A stretch of DNA of 63,887 nucleotides, filler included, from Lama guanicoe (GCA_013239625.1; 183 parts of 183 records of this genome joined end to end with filler, not necessarily neighbours in it), one strand, 5' to 3'. Numbered from the whole stretch's first letter, positions 49,539 to 62,837 are shown. The notes: generated by a model from the sequence alone, not told the origin. Translations and numbers: made by a program.

Positions 49539-51738
49539 NNNNNNNNNNNNNNNNNNNNNNNNNNNNNNNNNNNNNNNNNNNNTTAATTAATTAANNNNNN
49601 NNNNNNNNNNNNNNNNNNNNNNNNNNNNNNNNNNNNNNCCCTCCCCACCCCACCTGCCTGGCAGATAACTCTTTCCCTTTTCTTAATCTTCCCTCTGAAG
49701 TCGAGTCTGGACGACACCAGCAACTCCTGCTCTGACTGTGCGTACGGATGGATCACACGCTCACACGCCTGTGGGAAGGTAACAGCCATGATGGAGTGTG
49801 CTTGGCCATTAGACATAAGGCTTAGGACATTATCACATTGCTATTTTCCTTTCAATTGCTACTTGGAATATATGCTATCTTTTTAAGTNNNNNNNNNNNN
49901 NNNNNNNNNNNNNNNNNNNNNNNNNNNNNNNNTTAATTAATTAANNNNNNNNNNNNNNNNNNNNNNNNNNNNNNNNNNNNNNNNNNNNTGTGTTTCTTTG
50001 AAAAAAAATTGCAAGTGGAAGACCTCTAATTACTTGCATTTTCCTATTTTTCCCATATTCTTAATATTCCAGAATATCTGAACATTTTATAGTCTGTATA
50101 ATTGATTGGTTTCGACTAAGACAACATTTAGAAGTTAATTTACTAATGGATATTATAAGAATGTCCTCTCTATTTTTAGTTTTAGAGAAAATTAGATAAT
50201 GGCTCTTTTAAATTTCTTTCCTTCTTCTTTTTTTTTTTNNNNNNNNNNNNNNNNNNNNNNNNNNNNNNNNNNNNNNNNNNNNTTAATTAATTAANNNNNN
50301 NNNNNNNNNNNNNNNNNNNNNNNNNNNNNNNNNNNNNNATTTCCTGTGCTTTATAATTAGAAACCAAGACAGAGTCAGGATGATTGGAGTCTTCACACAA
50401 CCGCCGTGGAATTACCCTGGGACCCCAGGACGCCTGGGGCTTCTCTGGCCTCAGGACCCTTAGGGTTCCTGAGACTGTGGTTAACCACCTGTTTATAGAA
50501 CCTGGTAGATACAACTTTACAAAGCCTAGAAGGTTCTTTTTAAACATTGTGGGAAGACATGCTGTCTAGTCAGGATGGGGTTTCATATNNNNNNNNNNNN
50601 NNNNNNNNNNNNNNNNNNNNNNNNNNNNNNNNTTAATTAATTAANNNNNNNNNNNNNNNNNNNNNNNNNNNNNNNNNNNNNNNNNNNNGGGGCTGCCTGA
50701 GGTGTGGGGTGGAGGGGGAGGACCACGGGAAACAACAGCCCCACCTGTCCGGCCGTCACTGGCCTTCCTCCATCACTGGGGCCTTCCCCCAACAAAACCC
50801 CATCCCTCAGATGATTCCCACCTCCTGCCTTTGCTCAGGCAGTGCCTGGCCTGCACACTCCTCCCCCTCCAGGCCTGGCATCCTGGCTGTGCCCTCCCTC
50901 CCCCACAGGCCACGGCCTCCCTGCACCTGTGTGCTCAGNNNNNNNNNNNNNNNNNNNNNNNNNNNNNNNNNNNNNNNNNNNNTTAATTAATTAANNNNNN
51001 NNNNNNNNNNNNNNNNNNNNNNNNNNNNNNNNNNNNNNACCTCCCCTCACTTCCTCTAAGCCAGGAGGGCACTACACAGACCCACAGTGATCAATTGTGC
51101 AAAGAGACTTCCCCCACCTCCTCCCGCCCTCTGTCTGGCCTTTCTCCCTGTCCCAGACTCCATCTCGGTGGGAACTGGGGCCAGGCTTTGGAGGCCCCTA
51201 GCCTTGTACTTTAATCCCAGATTCCCTAGTCCTGTCCCACGCACCCCAGGGAATTTGAGAGTTGAGATCTCTGCATATTTCATCAGCANNNNNNNNNNNN
51301 NNNNNNNNNNNNNNNNNNNNNNNNNNNNNNNNTTAATTAATTAANNNNNNNNNNNNNNNNNNNNNNNNNNNNNNNNNNNNNNNNNNNNTTTTTTTAATCA
51401 ATGTGGTGCAAAACTTAGACTTGTTTAAAAATGTCTCAGTATTTTATCTTACTCGGAAATAATCTAGACATTCAATGATTTCCCATTATTTAACTTAACT
51501 AAGAGAAACTCTAAAGTTTCAAGTTACTAAAAAGATCTGGGGAACCTATTTTTAAGTAGACATACCATAAAACATCATTATTTTTAAAAGTTCAGCTAAA
51601 AATTCTTATCCCATTTACATTTAATTACTTATGAAAACNNNNNNNNNNNNNNNNNNNNNNNNNNNNNNNNNNNNNNNNNNNNTTAATTAATTAANNNNNN
51701 NNNNNNNNNNNNNNNNNNNNNNNNNNNNNNNNNNNNNN

Positions 51739-51988
51739 TGCTGCCTACAAGAGACCCACTTTAGAGTGAAGGACACACATAGATTGAGAGGATGGAAAAA
51801 GATATTTCATGCAAATGGAAATGACAAATAAGCAGGAGTAGGAATACTCATAACAGACAAAATAGACTTTAATACAAAGGCTATAAAGAAAGATAAAGAA
51901 GGACACTATACAATAATCAGAGGAGCAATACAAGATGAAGCTATTACACTCATTAACATATATGCACCCAATATAGAAGCACCTAAAT
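51739..51988 (+). mobile_element. LINE-1 ORF2 endonuclease N-terminal fragment with an in-frame stop
   Basis: CCLQETHFRVKDTHRLRGWKKIFHANGNDK*AGVGILITDKIDFNTKAIKKDKEGHYTIIRGAIQDEAITLINIYAPN. Confidence 0.95.
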
Positions 51989-52438
51989 NNNNNNNNNNNN
52001 NNNNNNNNNNNNNNNNNNNNNNNNNNNNNNNNTTAATTAATTAANNNNNNNNNNNNNNNNNNNNNNNNNNNNNNNNNNNNNNNNNNNNACAACAAATGTA
52101 TGTGAAGCGTTCAGCCCCACTCAAATGTGCAGTGTGATTATCTTCCTTCGTCTGTACCTGGATTGCACTAGCCTCTAAAAGCCCCACTTCCCCCGTTAAT
52201 TTGATCATCAGGTAACCCAGTCACTTGGGTTTAAAACAGCCATTTTGGTGCAAACGACCGATCAGGACTAAGGTTTATGTTCAAGTTCAGCCCCAGATCA
52301 GGCTCTTCTCTGTCTCGGCACCTGCTTCTCCTGGTGTGNNNNNNNNNNNNNNNNNNNNNNNNNNNNNNNNNNNNNNNNNNNNTTAATTAATTAANNNNNN
52401 NNNNNNNNNNNNNNNNNNNNNNNNNNNNNNNNNNNNNN

Positions 52439-52585
52439 AAAGGCTGTGTAAATAGTGGCCTGAGCATGGCAAATTCATGGTTTGCTTCTTGGAGCTTTCT
52501 GGATTTTTTTCACCCCTCAAATATTTTCATTCCATGGTTGGTTAAACCCACTGAAGGGGAATCCGGGGATATGGAGAGTGGATGG
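52439..52585. mobile_element. MER2/Tigger-like DNA transposon end
   Basis: GGCAAATTCATGGTTTGCTTCTTGGAGCTTTCTGGATTTTTT...AATATTTTCATTCCATGGTTGGTT...GGGGATATGGAG. Confidence 0.7.
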
Positions 52586-52788
52586 CATTAGGTTTGCCCC
52601 AGTGGTTCTTAGTTCTAGGGTGAATAATCATTTCAGCCAAATTGGAAATTATTTGGTAAAACTTTCATTAACGTGATATGCTTCTAATNNNNNNNNNNNN
52701 NNNNNNNNNNNNNNNNNNNNNNNNNNNNNNNNTTAATTAATTAANNNNNNNNNNNNNNNNNNNNNNNNNNNNNNNNNNNNNNNNNNNN

Positions 52789-53000
52789 CGATCCATCTAA
52801 TCTATTTATCCATCCATCCACCCATCCATTCTATCATTTATGTATCTATGTATCTAACTATGTATGTATCTATCTATCCATCCATCTATCCACCCATCCA
52901 TTCAATTTATCTATCTATTCATTCATCTCATCTATTCATCCATCTAATCTATTTATCTATCCATCCATCCACCCATCCATTCTATCATCTATCTATCTAA
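52789..53000. repeat. Compound tetranucleotide microsatellite (ATCC/ATCT/ATGT)n
   Basis: Runs of CATC, TATC and TATG units. Confidence 0.92.
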
Positions 53001-56000
53001 TAAGTGATCTACATACATATACACATGAATGTGTATATNNNNNNNNNNNNNNNNNNNNNNNNNNNNNNNNNNNNNNNNNNNNTTAATTAATTAANNNNNN
53101 NNNNNNNNNNNNNNNNNNNNNNNNNNNNNNNNNNNNNNCTGAGTGTGGGGAGAGCAGACAGGAGGGGTCTGTGAGCATGTCAGCTTCAATCACAAAGTTC
53201 AAACTTTAGCCTGAGTTGTTCATGAAGAATTTGGCAGTGAGGTGGGGAAACAGGGGCGCTGTGCCTCTGAAATACGTGCTTGAGACAGAAGACACTACTT
53301 TTGCCTTTCATTTAGTAGGTGTTCAGTGTGATACCTTCCTGTATTAAAGCATAGAACTGCCTCAGGCCTTCTGGGAAATCCACAGACTNNNNNNNNNNNN
53401 NNNNNNNNNNNNNNNNNNNNNNNNNNNNNNNNTTAATTAATTAANNNNNNNNNNNNNNNNNNNNNNNNNNNNNNNNNNNNNNNNNNNNCACACAAAATCA
53501 GCATCTGATGCAATTGTGTTAGCTTAAGTCAATATACGTCTTAAATAAGAAAGACTTACACCAGGACATGAGAGAAGTAAAATCTCCGGAAGTCAAGCTT
53601 CACCAAAAGAATTCTTTTATGACTCTCCCTCATTCCTAAGTTACTTATGTTTGAAGTGCACATAAACGACCGAAGTTCAGAAGCGACATGGCTAACATTT
53701 TTTTGTGGTTTGGCAAATTAAGATCCCTGTCAGGAATTNNNNNNNNNNNNNNNNNNNNNNNNNNNNNNNNNNNNNNNNNNNNTTAATTAATTAANNNNNN
53801 NNNNNNNNNNNNNNNNNNNNNNNNNNNNNNNNNNNNNNACAGAACTAGAACAAACAATTCCAAAATGTATAAGGAACCACAAAAGACTGCAAACAGCCAA
53901 AGCAATCTGTTGTAGGTCTCTTTTATTTCTTCTCTTTCTTCTCTTTCTTCTCTTTTCTTATGGTTTGATGACTACAGAAGGTTAACATTAGTTGTAAAGC
54001 TGGTCTGGTGGTGATGAAATGTTTTAGTTTTAGTTTATGTGTGAAGCTTTTGATTTCTCCATCAATGTACACTTTAACTTTAAAAAAANNNNNNNNNNNN
54101 NNNNNNNNNNNNNNNNNNNNNNNNNNNNNNNNTTAATTAATTAANNNNNNNNNNNNNNNNNNNNNNNNNNNNNNNNNNNNNNNNNNNNGCTTTAAAAGTA
54201 TCCTCAGTTTCAACTTCTTCAGTTTTATTTTGTGTGGATGATTTTAACTAGCAATATTCACCTTGTGGTTTCAGAGTCTCTATGGAGCATGTATAGTGGG
54301 ATCAAAGTTTGTATATCTTTGATATACAGAGATTCAGTTTTGACCCAGCAGTTCAGAAATATGCCAGTTGCCTAACAGCCTTCAAAAATCTCAAGCCCAT
54401 CCCACTCCTTTCATGAAATAGAAAGGATTTCCTCAGAANNNNNNNNNNNNNNNNNNNNNNNNNNNNNNNNNNNNNNNNNNNNTTAATTAATTAANNNNNN
54501 NNNNNNNNNNNNNNNNNNNNNNNNNNNNNNNNNNNNNNTTTTCTAAAAATTTCATTGAATCTTGACACAATTGTCTAGTTTTGGGGTAACACGAAGGATG
54601 CCAAACCTCAAAGCAAAATGGGAGAATTGTTTTGATAAGGCAAATGTTCAGCTCTGAGCTTCCTGATGCAGTTAGCATTCCAAGTGAACTCGACAGAAGA
54701 GGTAAAATCTCCTCTATGGCATAACCGTGAGCGGAGCTGTGCCTGCATCTTCACCTCCTGTTCTCGGGGCTCTTGCTCTGTCAGGCACNNNNNNNNNNNN
54801 NNNNNNNNNNNNNNNNNNNNNNNNNNNNNNNNTTAATTAATTAANNNNNNNNNNNNNNNNNNNNNNNNNNNNNNNNNNNNNNNNNNNNAAAATATACTGC
54901 TTTGAATTGGCCCAAAGGGCTTTATTCACAAAGGAGCATCTGTGGATAGAGGGCTTCCCTTCTGTGCTATGCATTCTACCCAATTCCCCTTTATTGAATC
55001 TAGCCCTCAGTCCACAGCACAGGGTTTGCTGATAACATGGGAACCTGTATCCAAAAGCCTCCATAAAGTTTCCCAGTATACTTGGATGGGTATAGCCTTT
55101 AGGTCAGGGAGACCTCTATCAGACCCCTAATTACCTTTNNNNNNNNNNNNNNNNNNNNNNNNNNNNNNNNNNNNNNNNNNNNTTAATTAATTAANNNNNN
55201 NNNNNNNNNNNNNNNNNNNNNNNNNNNNNNNNNNNNNNCGGTCTCCGCAGAGAAACTGCGATGTCCCCCGTCCCAGGCCCGGAACCCTTGCTGGACCCAC
55301 AGGTGGGACATGGGTGCCTAAGAGCAGCATCAGGTTTGCCATGTGTCTGGCAGACTGCCTCGTATTCTGACACAATGTGAAGTCACTGCTGGTATCTGTG
55401 CGTTGAGATGTCTCCTCTAAACATTCTAGATTCCTTGCTTCTCTGGAAAACCTAGAACTTGGCCCCAGCCCTCTGGCACGGCTGGAATNNNNNNNNNNNN
55501 NNNNNNNNNNNNNNNNNNNNNNNNNNNNNNNNTTAATTAATTAANNNNNNNNNNNNNNNNNNNNNNNNNNNNNNNNNNNNNNNNNNNNCAGAGGATGCAC
55601 CAGCAGCTTCTGACCGTCAGTAACGCTGATAAGAGCTCAAGGAGGATTTTTAGCTCGTGGCTTGTTTCATAGTAGAGACTACTGTTTTGTAAAAAGTAAA
55701 AATTAATAAGAGTTTGCCTTATTTTGTTCATAAAACAAGTGGTCACATATGCTTAAAGGATTGCAGATCATTGGCCATCTCAATGTTCTGACTCCACATA
55801 GCACAGTGAGATGTACATTTCATGTACGCTGTCAAGAGNNNNNNNNNNNNNNNNNNNNNNNNNNNNNNNNNNNNNNNNNNNNTTAATTAATTAANNNNNN
55901 NNNNNNNNNNNNNNNNNNNNNNNNNNNNNNNNNNNNNNCTGCCCTCTGAGATACCATACTGTCACAGCAAATGGCTCTGACCTGGAGCCCTTCTCTTAGT

Positions 56001-58388
56001 CTCTGCAGAGAGCATTTCACAATTCTAGAGAGAGAATTCCAGGCAGCTGATACCTGCATCGGGGCAGAACGGCTTCTCCACACAATCACTTCTCCTGTGA
56101 AACACTAAGTCCTAGTGAACAGGGACCCTGGCTGCCGCGTTTTTGGACCTTCTCACTGCAGCCCCCGCAGGGAGGGCAGCAAACACAGNNNNNNNNNNNN
56201 NNNNNNNNNNNNNNNNNNNNNNNNNNNNNNNNTTAATTAATTAANNNNNNNNNNNNNNNNNNNNNNNNNNNNNNNNNNNNNNNNNNNNCTGGGTTGTTTT
56301 AATGCCTCCAAGCCTGTGCCACGGTCTGTGTAAGAGAAGGGATCTTGGTGACAGTTTGGGAGGAGGTCCCCAGCGCCGCCACCAGCGAGCCCACATCCGT
56401 GTGCCTCTCCCTGGGGGGCCTTGCGTGGACAACACGCTGCGTCACGCAGGGCGATGAAGGGCTTGGGGTGGGCAGGGTCTGTGCTTTAAAAGAGTGGTTT
56501 CATCACGTTCAGGGAGCCGAGCCGACTTAAACACAGCTNNNNNNNNNNNNNNNNNNNNNNNNNNNNNNNNNNNNNNNNNNNNTTAATTAATTAANNNNNN
56601 NNNNNNNNNNNNNNNNNNNNNNNNNNNNNNNNNNNNNNGGGGCTGCAGCACAGGGTCTGGGGAGGGGTCTGTCCTGGGAAGGCCCCCCGGGGCCTGCTCA
56701 GTTACAGCGTTACCTGAGCTTCCCCGTTATCGAATAACCTTCAAACAGTTTCCAGTGTAAGACACCCGGAGCGAGGCACCCACACGACTGCGTGCATGCA
56801 TGTGCGTGCACACACACACACAAACACATGCGGTATGTATCAGAACCAAACACGTTGGCATCCTCTCCTTGTTTTTAATCTACGGCTTNNNNNNNNNNNN
56901 NNNNNNNNNNNNNNNNNNNNNNNNNNNNNNNNTTAATTAATTAANNNNNNNNNNNNNNNNNNNNNNNNNNNNNNNNNNNNNNNNNNNNTTAGGTTTTATC
57001 TTCGGACACTGAAATGAATACTCATGTATATTAAAATTGGCTTGTGCCGTAACATGGCAAATGCCCGTTAAAGGCATGGAGTATGGGCTAACGCTGGCTT
57101 TGTCCCTCTGGGGTCTCTCTCGTCGCACACTTTTCCATTACAGACCCTTAAGTTCCAGTGTTTTTGTTGAAATATATTAATTTAATCTCCTGGATCTGGG
57201 AGAGAAACTGAAACCAGCTAGCCTTGGGCAATTGCTTTNNNNNNNNNNNNNNNNNNNNNNNNNNNNNNNNNNNNNNNNNNNNTTAATTAATTAANNNNNN
57301 NNNNNNNNNNNNNNNNNNNNNNNNNNNNNNNNNNNNNNGGAGTTTACCCAGTTAAAACTTAAATGCTATTTAAAGAATCGCCTGAACTAATTTTCCACTA
57401 TTGCTAAGTAGGCTATGCTTCTAGTAAATTACTCTATTCTGACTCATCTGATCTGTGAATACCGTGGTAGACTGAGCTCAGAATTCAGGGCACAAAATGA
57501 GAACCAGTGGGGGATTCTCGCATAAACGTTCATGAGCACTGAAAAACTAAATATACTCCTATGAACCTCTTTCCTAGAAATGAGAGAGNNNNNNNNNNNN
57601 NNNNNNNNNNNNNNNNNNNNNNNNNNNNNNNNTTAATTAATTAANNNNNNNNNNNNNNNNNNNNNNNNNNNNNNNNNNNNNNNNNNNNAGAAACCTTACT
57701 ATAGAGTGTATATTCAGGATTAGTTGGGCAAAAATTTAGATATGCAGTTTATATCAGATTATATAGGGTCTTAAAATCAGACAGATTTGATGTAAAAACA
57801 AATGGGTAACCACTGAACCTTGGAGGCAGAAAAGCAATATAATGAATGTAGTGGTTAAAGAAGATAGTTAGACAGGGAAATAAATGATTGATATATTGGA
57901 AAAGAGAAAGACTGAGATTAGAACAGCCACATAGGAAGNNNNNNNNNNNNNNNNNNNNNNNNNNNNNNNNNNNNNNNNNNNNTTAATTAATTAANNNNNN
58001 NNNNNNNNNNNNNNNNNNNNNNNNNNNNNNNNNNNNNNACTGTTCAGCCTGAATCAAGACTGAATTCTAAATCCTGGAAGTTGTGCTCAGATCAAGTGTG
58101 CTCCTCTCTGTGGCTTATTCTCATTGGGACCAACTCCCTTGTCCTAGGAGCCAATGAGGCTCCTCAAAGGGGAGAGCTGCCCAGGGTCTCATCATAACTC
58201 ATTTCCCACTGAATACGTGGCATAAAATAGCCAAAAGTGTCCACAGGCTTTATTTTCCATTTATCTTTATTATATTTTGTAGCTCTGCNNNNNNNNNNNN
58301 NNNNNNNNNNNNNNNNNNNNNNNNNNNNNNNNTTAATTAATTAANNNNNNNNNNNNNNNNNNNNNNNNNNNNNNNNNNNNNNNNNNNN

Positions 58389-58437
58389 CTGGGGATTGAA
58401 CCCAGGACCTCATGCATGCTAAGCATGGGCTCTACCA
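58389..58437 (-). mobile_element. tRNA-derived SINE head (camelid Vic-1-like)
   Basis: The minus strand reads TGGTAGAGCCCATGCTTAGCATGCATGAGGTCCTGGGTTCAATCCCCAG, a tRNA-Ala-like body with a Pol III B box. Confidence 0.8.
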
Positions 58438-58907
58438 GTTCACATGCGTAGGTCTGGGTTTGCTTACATAGGCTGTGGAGGTATTAGGGCATGAGTCTGC
58501 TTTTTTTTTTCCCAAGGTGGAATAATTTTTTTTAATTTTAAGTGTAATCAGTTACAGTGTGTCAATTTCTGGCATGTAGAATAATATCCTAGTCATGCAT
58601 ATATATACATGTATTCATTTTCATATTCTTTTTCATTNNNNNNNNNNNNNNNNNNNNNNNNNNNNNNNNNNNNNNNNNNNNTTAATTAATTAANNNNNNN
58701 NNNNNNNNNNNNNNNNNNNNNNNNNNNNNNNNNNNNNAGGAGGAACCTTTTAAAGAGAAGGGGCACAAAGGGGCGAGGAGGAAGGGGCTGCTTGTTATTT
58801 ACCTTATAGTATATGTTTAAGTTCTTTAAGAGACTTACGTTTTTAAATTCAGTTTTGAAATTTATACGTAATTTTACACATTGTCAACTGTTTTTAATAT
58901 TTTACAG

Positions 58908-58987
58908 GATAACTTCACACCACTTTTACTCGCCATCAGTGAGAACAAAGAAGAAATGGTCAAATTTTTGATAGAGAATGGGGCAAA
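58908..58987 (+). CDS. Ankyrin-repeat exon paralogous to 46605-46711 (truncated by contig end)
   Basis: After TATTTTACAG| the sequence encodes DNFTPLLLAISENKEEMVKFLIENGA. The upstream intron also aligns with 46489-46604. Confidence 0.85.
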
Positions 58988-59808
58988 NNNNNNNNNNNNN
59001 NNNNNNNNNNNNNNNNNNNNNNNNNNNNNNNTTAATTAATTAANNNNNNNNNNNNNNNNNNNNNNNNNNNNNNNNNNNNNNNNNNNNCCTCTCCAGGACT
59101 TATCGTTTGTGGATTTTGAATGATGGACATTCTGACTGGTGTGAGGTGTCTTGTAGTCCTTACCTGAAGGCAGCTGTCTCAATAATAATATTTGCCACTT
59201 CACTCCTGTGTTCCAGTGATTAATAATGATGATGTGATGACAGTCAAATTCTATCTAACTGTGTGCTCTAAATGAGGGATGAATATATCTTTTTGTTGTT
59301 GTTGCCATATTGTAAGACTGAAGAAACCATTTTTTTTNNNNNNNNNNNNNNNNNNNNNNNNNNNNNNNNNNNNNNNNNNNNTTAATTAATTAANNNNNNN
59401 NNNNNNNNNNNNNNNNNNNNNNNNNNNNNNNNNNNNNGAGAATCTGGCACACAGTCAGCACAGAGTCAATGTAGACTTAAAATAAAACTGAGTCACCAGA
59501 CCCGTTCTGTTAAACCGGAACATCGTGAACTACAAAGAGGAAGTCAGATCTGCCCACACTGAGTGTGTTAGTGCTGGACCTGCTCGTCCTCTCTTGCCTC
59601 CCCACCTCTGTGAATTGCACTATCACCTGCCCAGACCGTCCAGCAGGAAACCTGGGGGTCACTTCATATTCTCCCCCGTCCCTCACTNNNNNNNNNNNNN
59701 NNNNNNNNNNNNNNNNNNNNNNNNNNNNNNNTTAATTAATTAANNNNNNNNNNNNNNNNNNNNNNNNNNNNNNNNNNNNNNNNNNNNGCCCGCGGCCAGA
59801 GCACCGAC

Positions 59809-59990
59809 CTGTGCAGCCGCGGCAGGCGCCTCGGAGGATGGAAAGACGGCGCCGGCCTCCCGCTCCGCCGCTTTGCCGCCGCCGCCGCCGCCGCCGCCTA
59901 GGCTAGCGCTCGGCGACCAGAGCAGTCGGCGTCTCTCATTCAGCGCCGGCCGCCACCGCCGCCGCTCGGGGGAGGGGAGTGAGCTGGATC
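59809..59990 (-). promoter_or_regulatory. RALGPS2: Non-coding first exon in a CpG island with (CGG)8 and a splice donor CACAG|GTCGGT; probably RALGPS2
   Basis: The minus strand CTCCCCTCCCCCGAGCGGC...GGCGCTGAATGAGAGACG...CTAGGCGGCGGC...GTCTTTCC...GCCGCGGCTGCACAG matches my recollection of the human RALGPS2 mRNA 5' end. (GCC)8 lies at 59875-59898. Confidence 0.55.
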
Positions 59991-62694
59991 CTCCCCGTCC
60001 GCGCAGGGGGTGGGGGAGGAGAAGGGCCCGGGCGGGGNNNNNNNNNNNNNNNNNNNNNNNNNNNNNNNNNNNNNNNNNNNNTTAATTAATTAANNNNNNN
60101 NNNNNNNNNNNNNNNNNNNNNNNNNNNNNNNNNNNNNCTTAACAGATATTCCAGGCTTTGCCCTTGGCCTCCCAGTTGGGCCAGCCTCCCTCCGTGAGGC
60201 CTGCCTCACTGCACTGCTGAAGCAGCATCAGCCAAAAGGACAGGGCTTTTAAAGAGCGCCCGAGGATTGGAGTGTCATCCTCCCGCCTCCTGGTTCCAGG
60301 CCGGAGAACAATTGAGCCCTTTGTCCAATAGGAAGATGCCCAAAGGGTGAGGTCACCCCCAACATGGCTGTCTTTGTCCTAGAGCCANNNNNNNNNNNNN
60401 NNNNNNNNNNNNNNNNNNNNNNNNNNNNNNNTTAATTAATTAANNNNNNNNNNNNNNNNNNNNNNNNNNNNNNNNNNNNNNNNNNNNAAGGTCACACAGC
60501 ATGGGGAGCCACGCTGTGGGGCTCAGTTTTGGGCCCGGGCTCCCAGATGAGCTTGGGCGGGGGCAGACTCAGTTACCCCTCTGTTGAATAGCTGGAAGTG
60601 GGTGAGGGGCGCCTGCCAGCTCTGCCCCAGTCAGCCCCCACCCCCACCCCAGAGGGCAGCTAGAAGGATCCCGTGGGTAGCCCTGGGTATAGGGCACCCG
60701 CCCAGGCCTGGTGGCCTGAGGACTGCTCCAGCCTCTCNNNNNNNNNNNNNNNNNNNNNNNNNNNNNNNNNNNNNNNNNNNNTTAATTAATTAANNNNNNN
60801 NNNNNNNNNNNNNNNNNNNNNNNNNNNNNNNNNNNNNCTGTAGTAGCACTTGCAAGGTTTATTCCAAATAAAATATTAAGGACAAAAGCAAAGATTTAGC
60901 CTCAAGGATATTATCTCATTTCATCCAAAACTGCAAAATTTGGGAAAAAATGTTATATTCGAAAATAAGAATTGGTTAAGTAACTTGTTTTAAACTCACA
61001 TCATAGAATACTATGCAACTAGGAAAAATGATATAGGTATATGTTTTATATAAAAATGAATTTATTAATCTAGAAAGAAGATATGTANNNNNNNNNNNNN
61101 NNNNNNNNNNNNNNNNNNNNNNNNNNNNNNNTTAATTAATTAANNNNNNNNNNNNNNNNNNNNNNNNNNNNNNNNNNNNNNNNNNNNCACAGATGTGATT
61201 CTGGGCTGAAGCACAGAGGGAGGCGGAGAATCAGGGTTGCCCCCACCCCGGCACGACTGCTGGTCCCCGTGGACTGGATGGAGGGCCTGTGATTATGGCC
61301 GTGGACGCCTTGGGACCCGTCCTGTGCACCTGCCACCCCTGTCACTGACTCGTGGCTGTAGCCAGCCAGGTGGAGGCCCCAGGGAACTGAGGGATGAAAC
61401 CGGCTACTGAGCAAGGGGGGTGGTTCTGACAAGAGAGNNNNNNNNNNNNNNNNNNNNNNNNNNNNNNNNNNNNNNNNNNNNTTAATTAATTAANNNNNNN
61501 NNNNNNNNNNNNNNNNNNNNNNNNNNNNNNNNNNNNNTCTACATGGTAGCTGGAATCAAAAGGCCGTCTCCGGCTGAATTCCCTCTTACCCTGGCCTTCA
61601 AATGAATAGAAACAAATGGCATGTGTAATTTATACATGCTACCTGTAACTAGCGTTTTGAATTTTTCATTCTCCATTTGCTTGTGACCAGTATAGAGAAG
61701 TACACTTGACTTTAGGTGTTGACTTTTATCTTGCCACTTGGCTTAATTCCTTGTTAGTTTACTACCGGAATACTACTACTACTAATTNNNNNNNNNNNNN
61801 NNNNNNNNNNNNNNNNNNNNNNNNNNNNNNNTTAATTAATTAANNNNNNNNNNNNNNNNNNNNNNNNNNNNNNNNNNNNNNNNNNNNAACACCCTTAGGA
61901 GAGAGGTTTTAATAAAGCTTCTTAGAGAAGCAGGATCGGTACTTTTCAAACAACAAGTTGCAACCCACTATTGGGTCTGAAATAAATTTAGAATGGCATG
62001 ATGAGCCTTTTTTTTTTTAAATAAAATAATATGTAATAAAGAGTACTAGAGTCCATGACATGTAAAACTGCATATGTTTTGTATTGTAAAGTTAATTTTC
62101 CTGGTATGCACATATATAATTGTGCACCAGGTTAGAANNNNNNNNNNNNNNNNNNNNNNNNNNNNNNNNNNNNNNNNNNNNTTAATTAATTAANNNNNNN
62201 NNNNNNNNNNNNNNNNNNNNNNNNNNNNNNNNNNNNNTTTTTCCCCCCCAAATTTAAAAATATCCCTTGGAGCTTTGTGAGTTTGCTGTGGTGCTTTAGA
62301 GAGTTTGGGACACGGTATGAGGACTGAGTACTGGGAAATGACCACAGGATTTTTCAGTGGGAGTCATAGATAGGGAGATTGTATATTGCATCGTGCAGAA
62401 GTATTTATTTATGAAGCTGGTGAAGAACAAAGTGGTAGGAAAAGAGAAGCAAGAGAGAAACCAAAGGACAAGAAAATGGCAAAGTGGNNNNNNNNNNNNN
62501 NNNNNNNNNNNNNNNNNNNNNNNNNNNNNNNTTAATTAATTAANNNNNNNNNNNNNNNNNNNNNNNNNNNNNNNNNNNNNNNNNNNNGGAAACAGAGTGG
62601 GTTGAGGGACACAAAACTAGGTTGACGGACAAAGAAATGAAATAAAGGGAACATCGAGTAAAACCTTCGTGCTATGAGTCTAAAAAACAATTCA

Positions 62695-62837
62695 TAAATT
62701 GCCAAAAGCCTTAAACATAAAACAAGACACTATAAAACTCTTAGGCAAAATAGTATCGGACGTACATCTCAGCAATGTCCTCCTAGGAGACTCAACCCAA
62801 GCAACAGAAATAAAAGCAAAAATAAACAAAAGGGACC
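62695..62837 (+). mobile_element. LINE-1 ORF2 fragment
   Basis: KALNIKQDTIKLLG...LSNVLLG...QATEIKAKINKRD resembles L1 ORF2p. Confidence 0.85.

Noticed and set aside
58389..58437. tRNA-Ala gene
   Set aside because: It is truncated, lacks an acceptor stem, and matches the SINE whose tail is seen at 40725-40788.
13612..60037. Functional clustering of VPS26A, TRAV9, EGLN1, ankyrin exons and RALGPS2 as one system
   Set aside because: The fragments are co-located only because they have the same contig length. There is no physical linkage.
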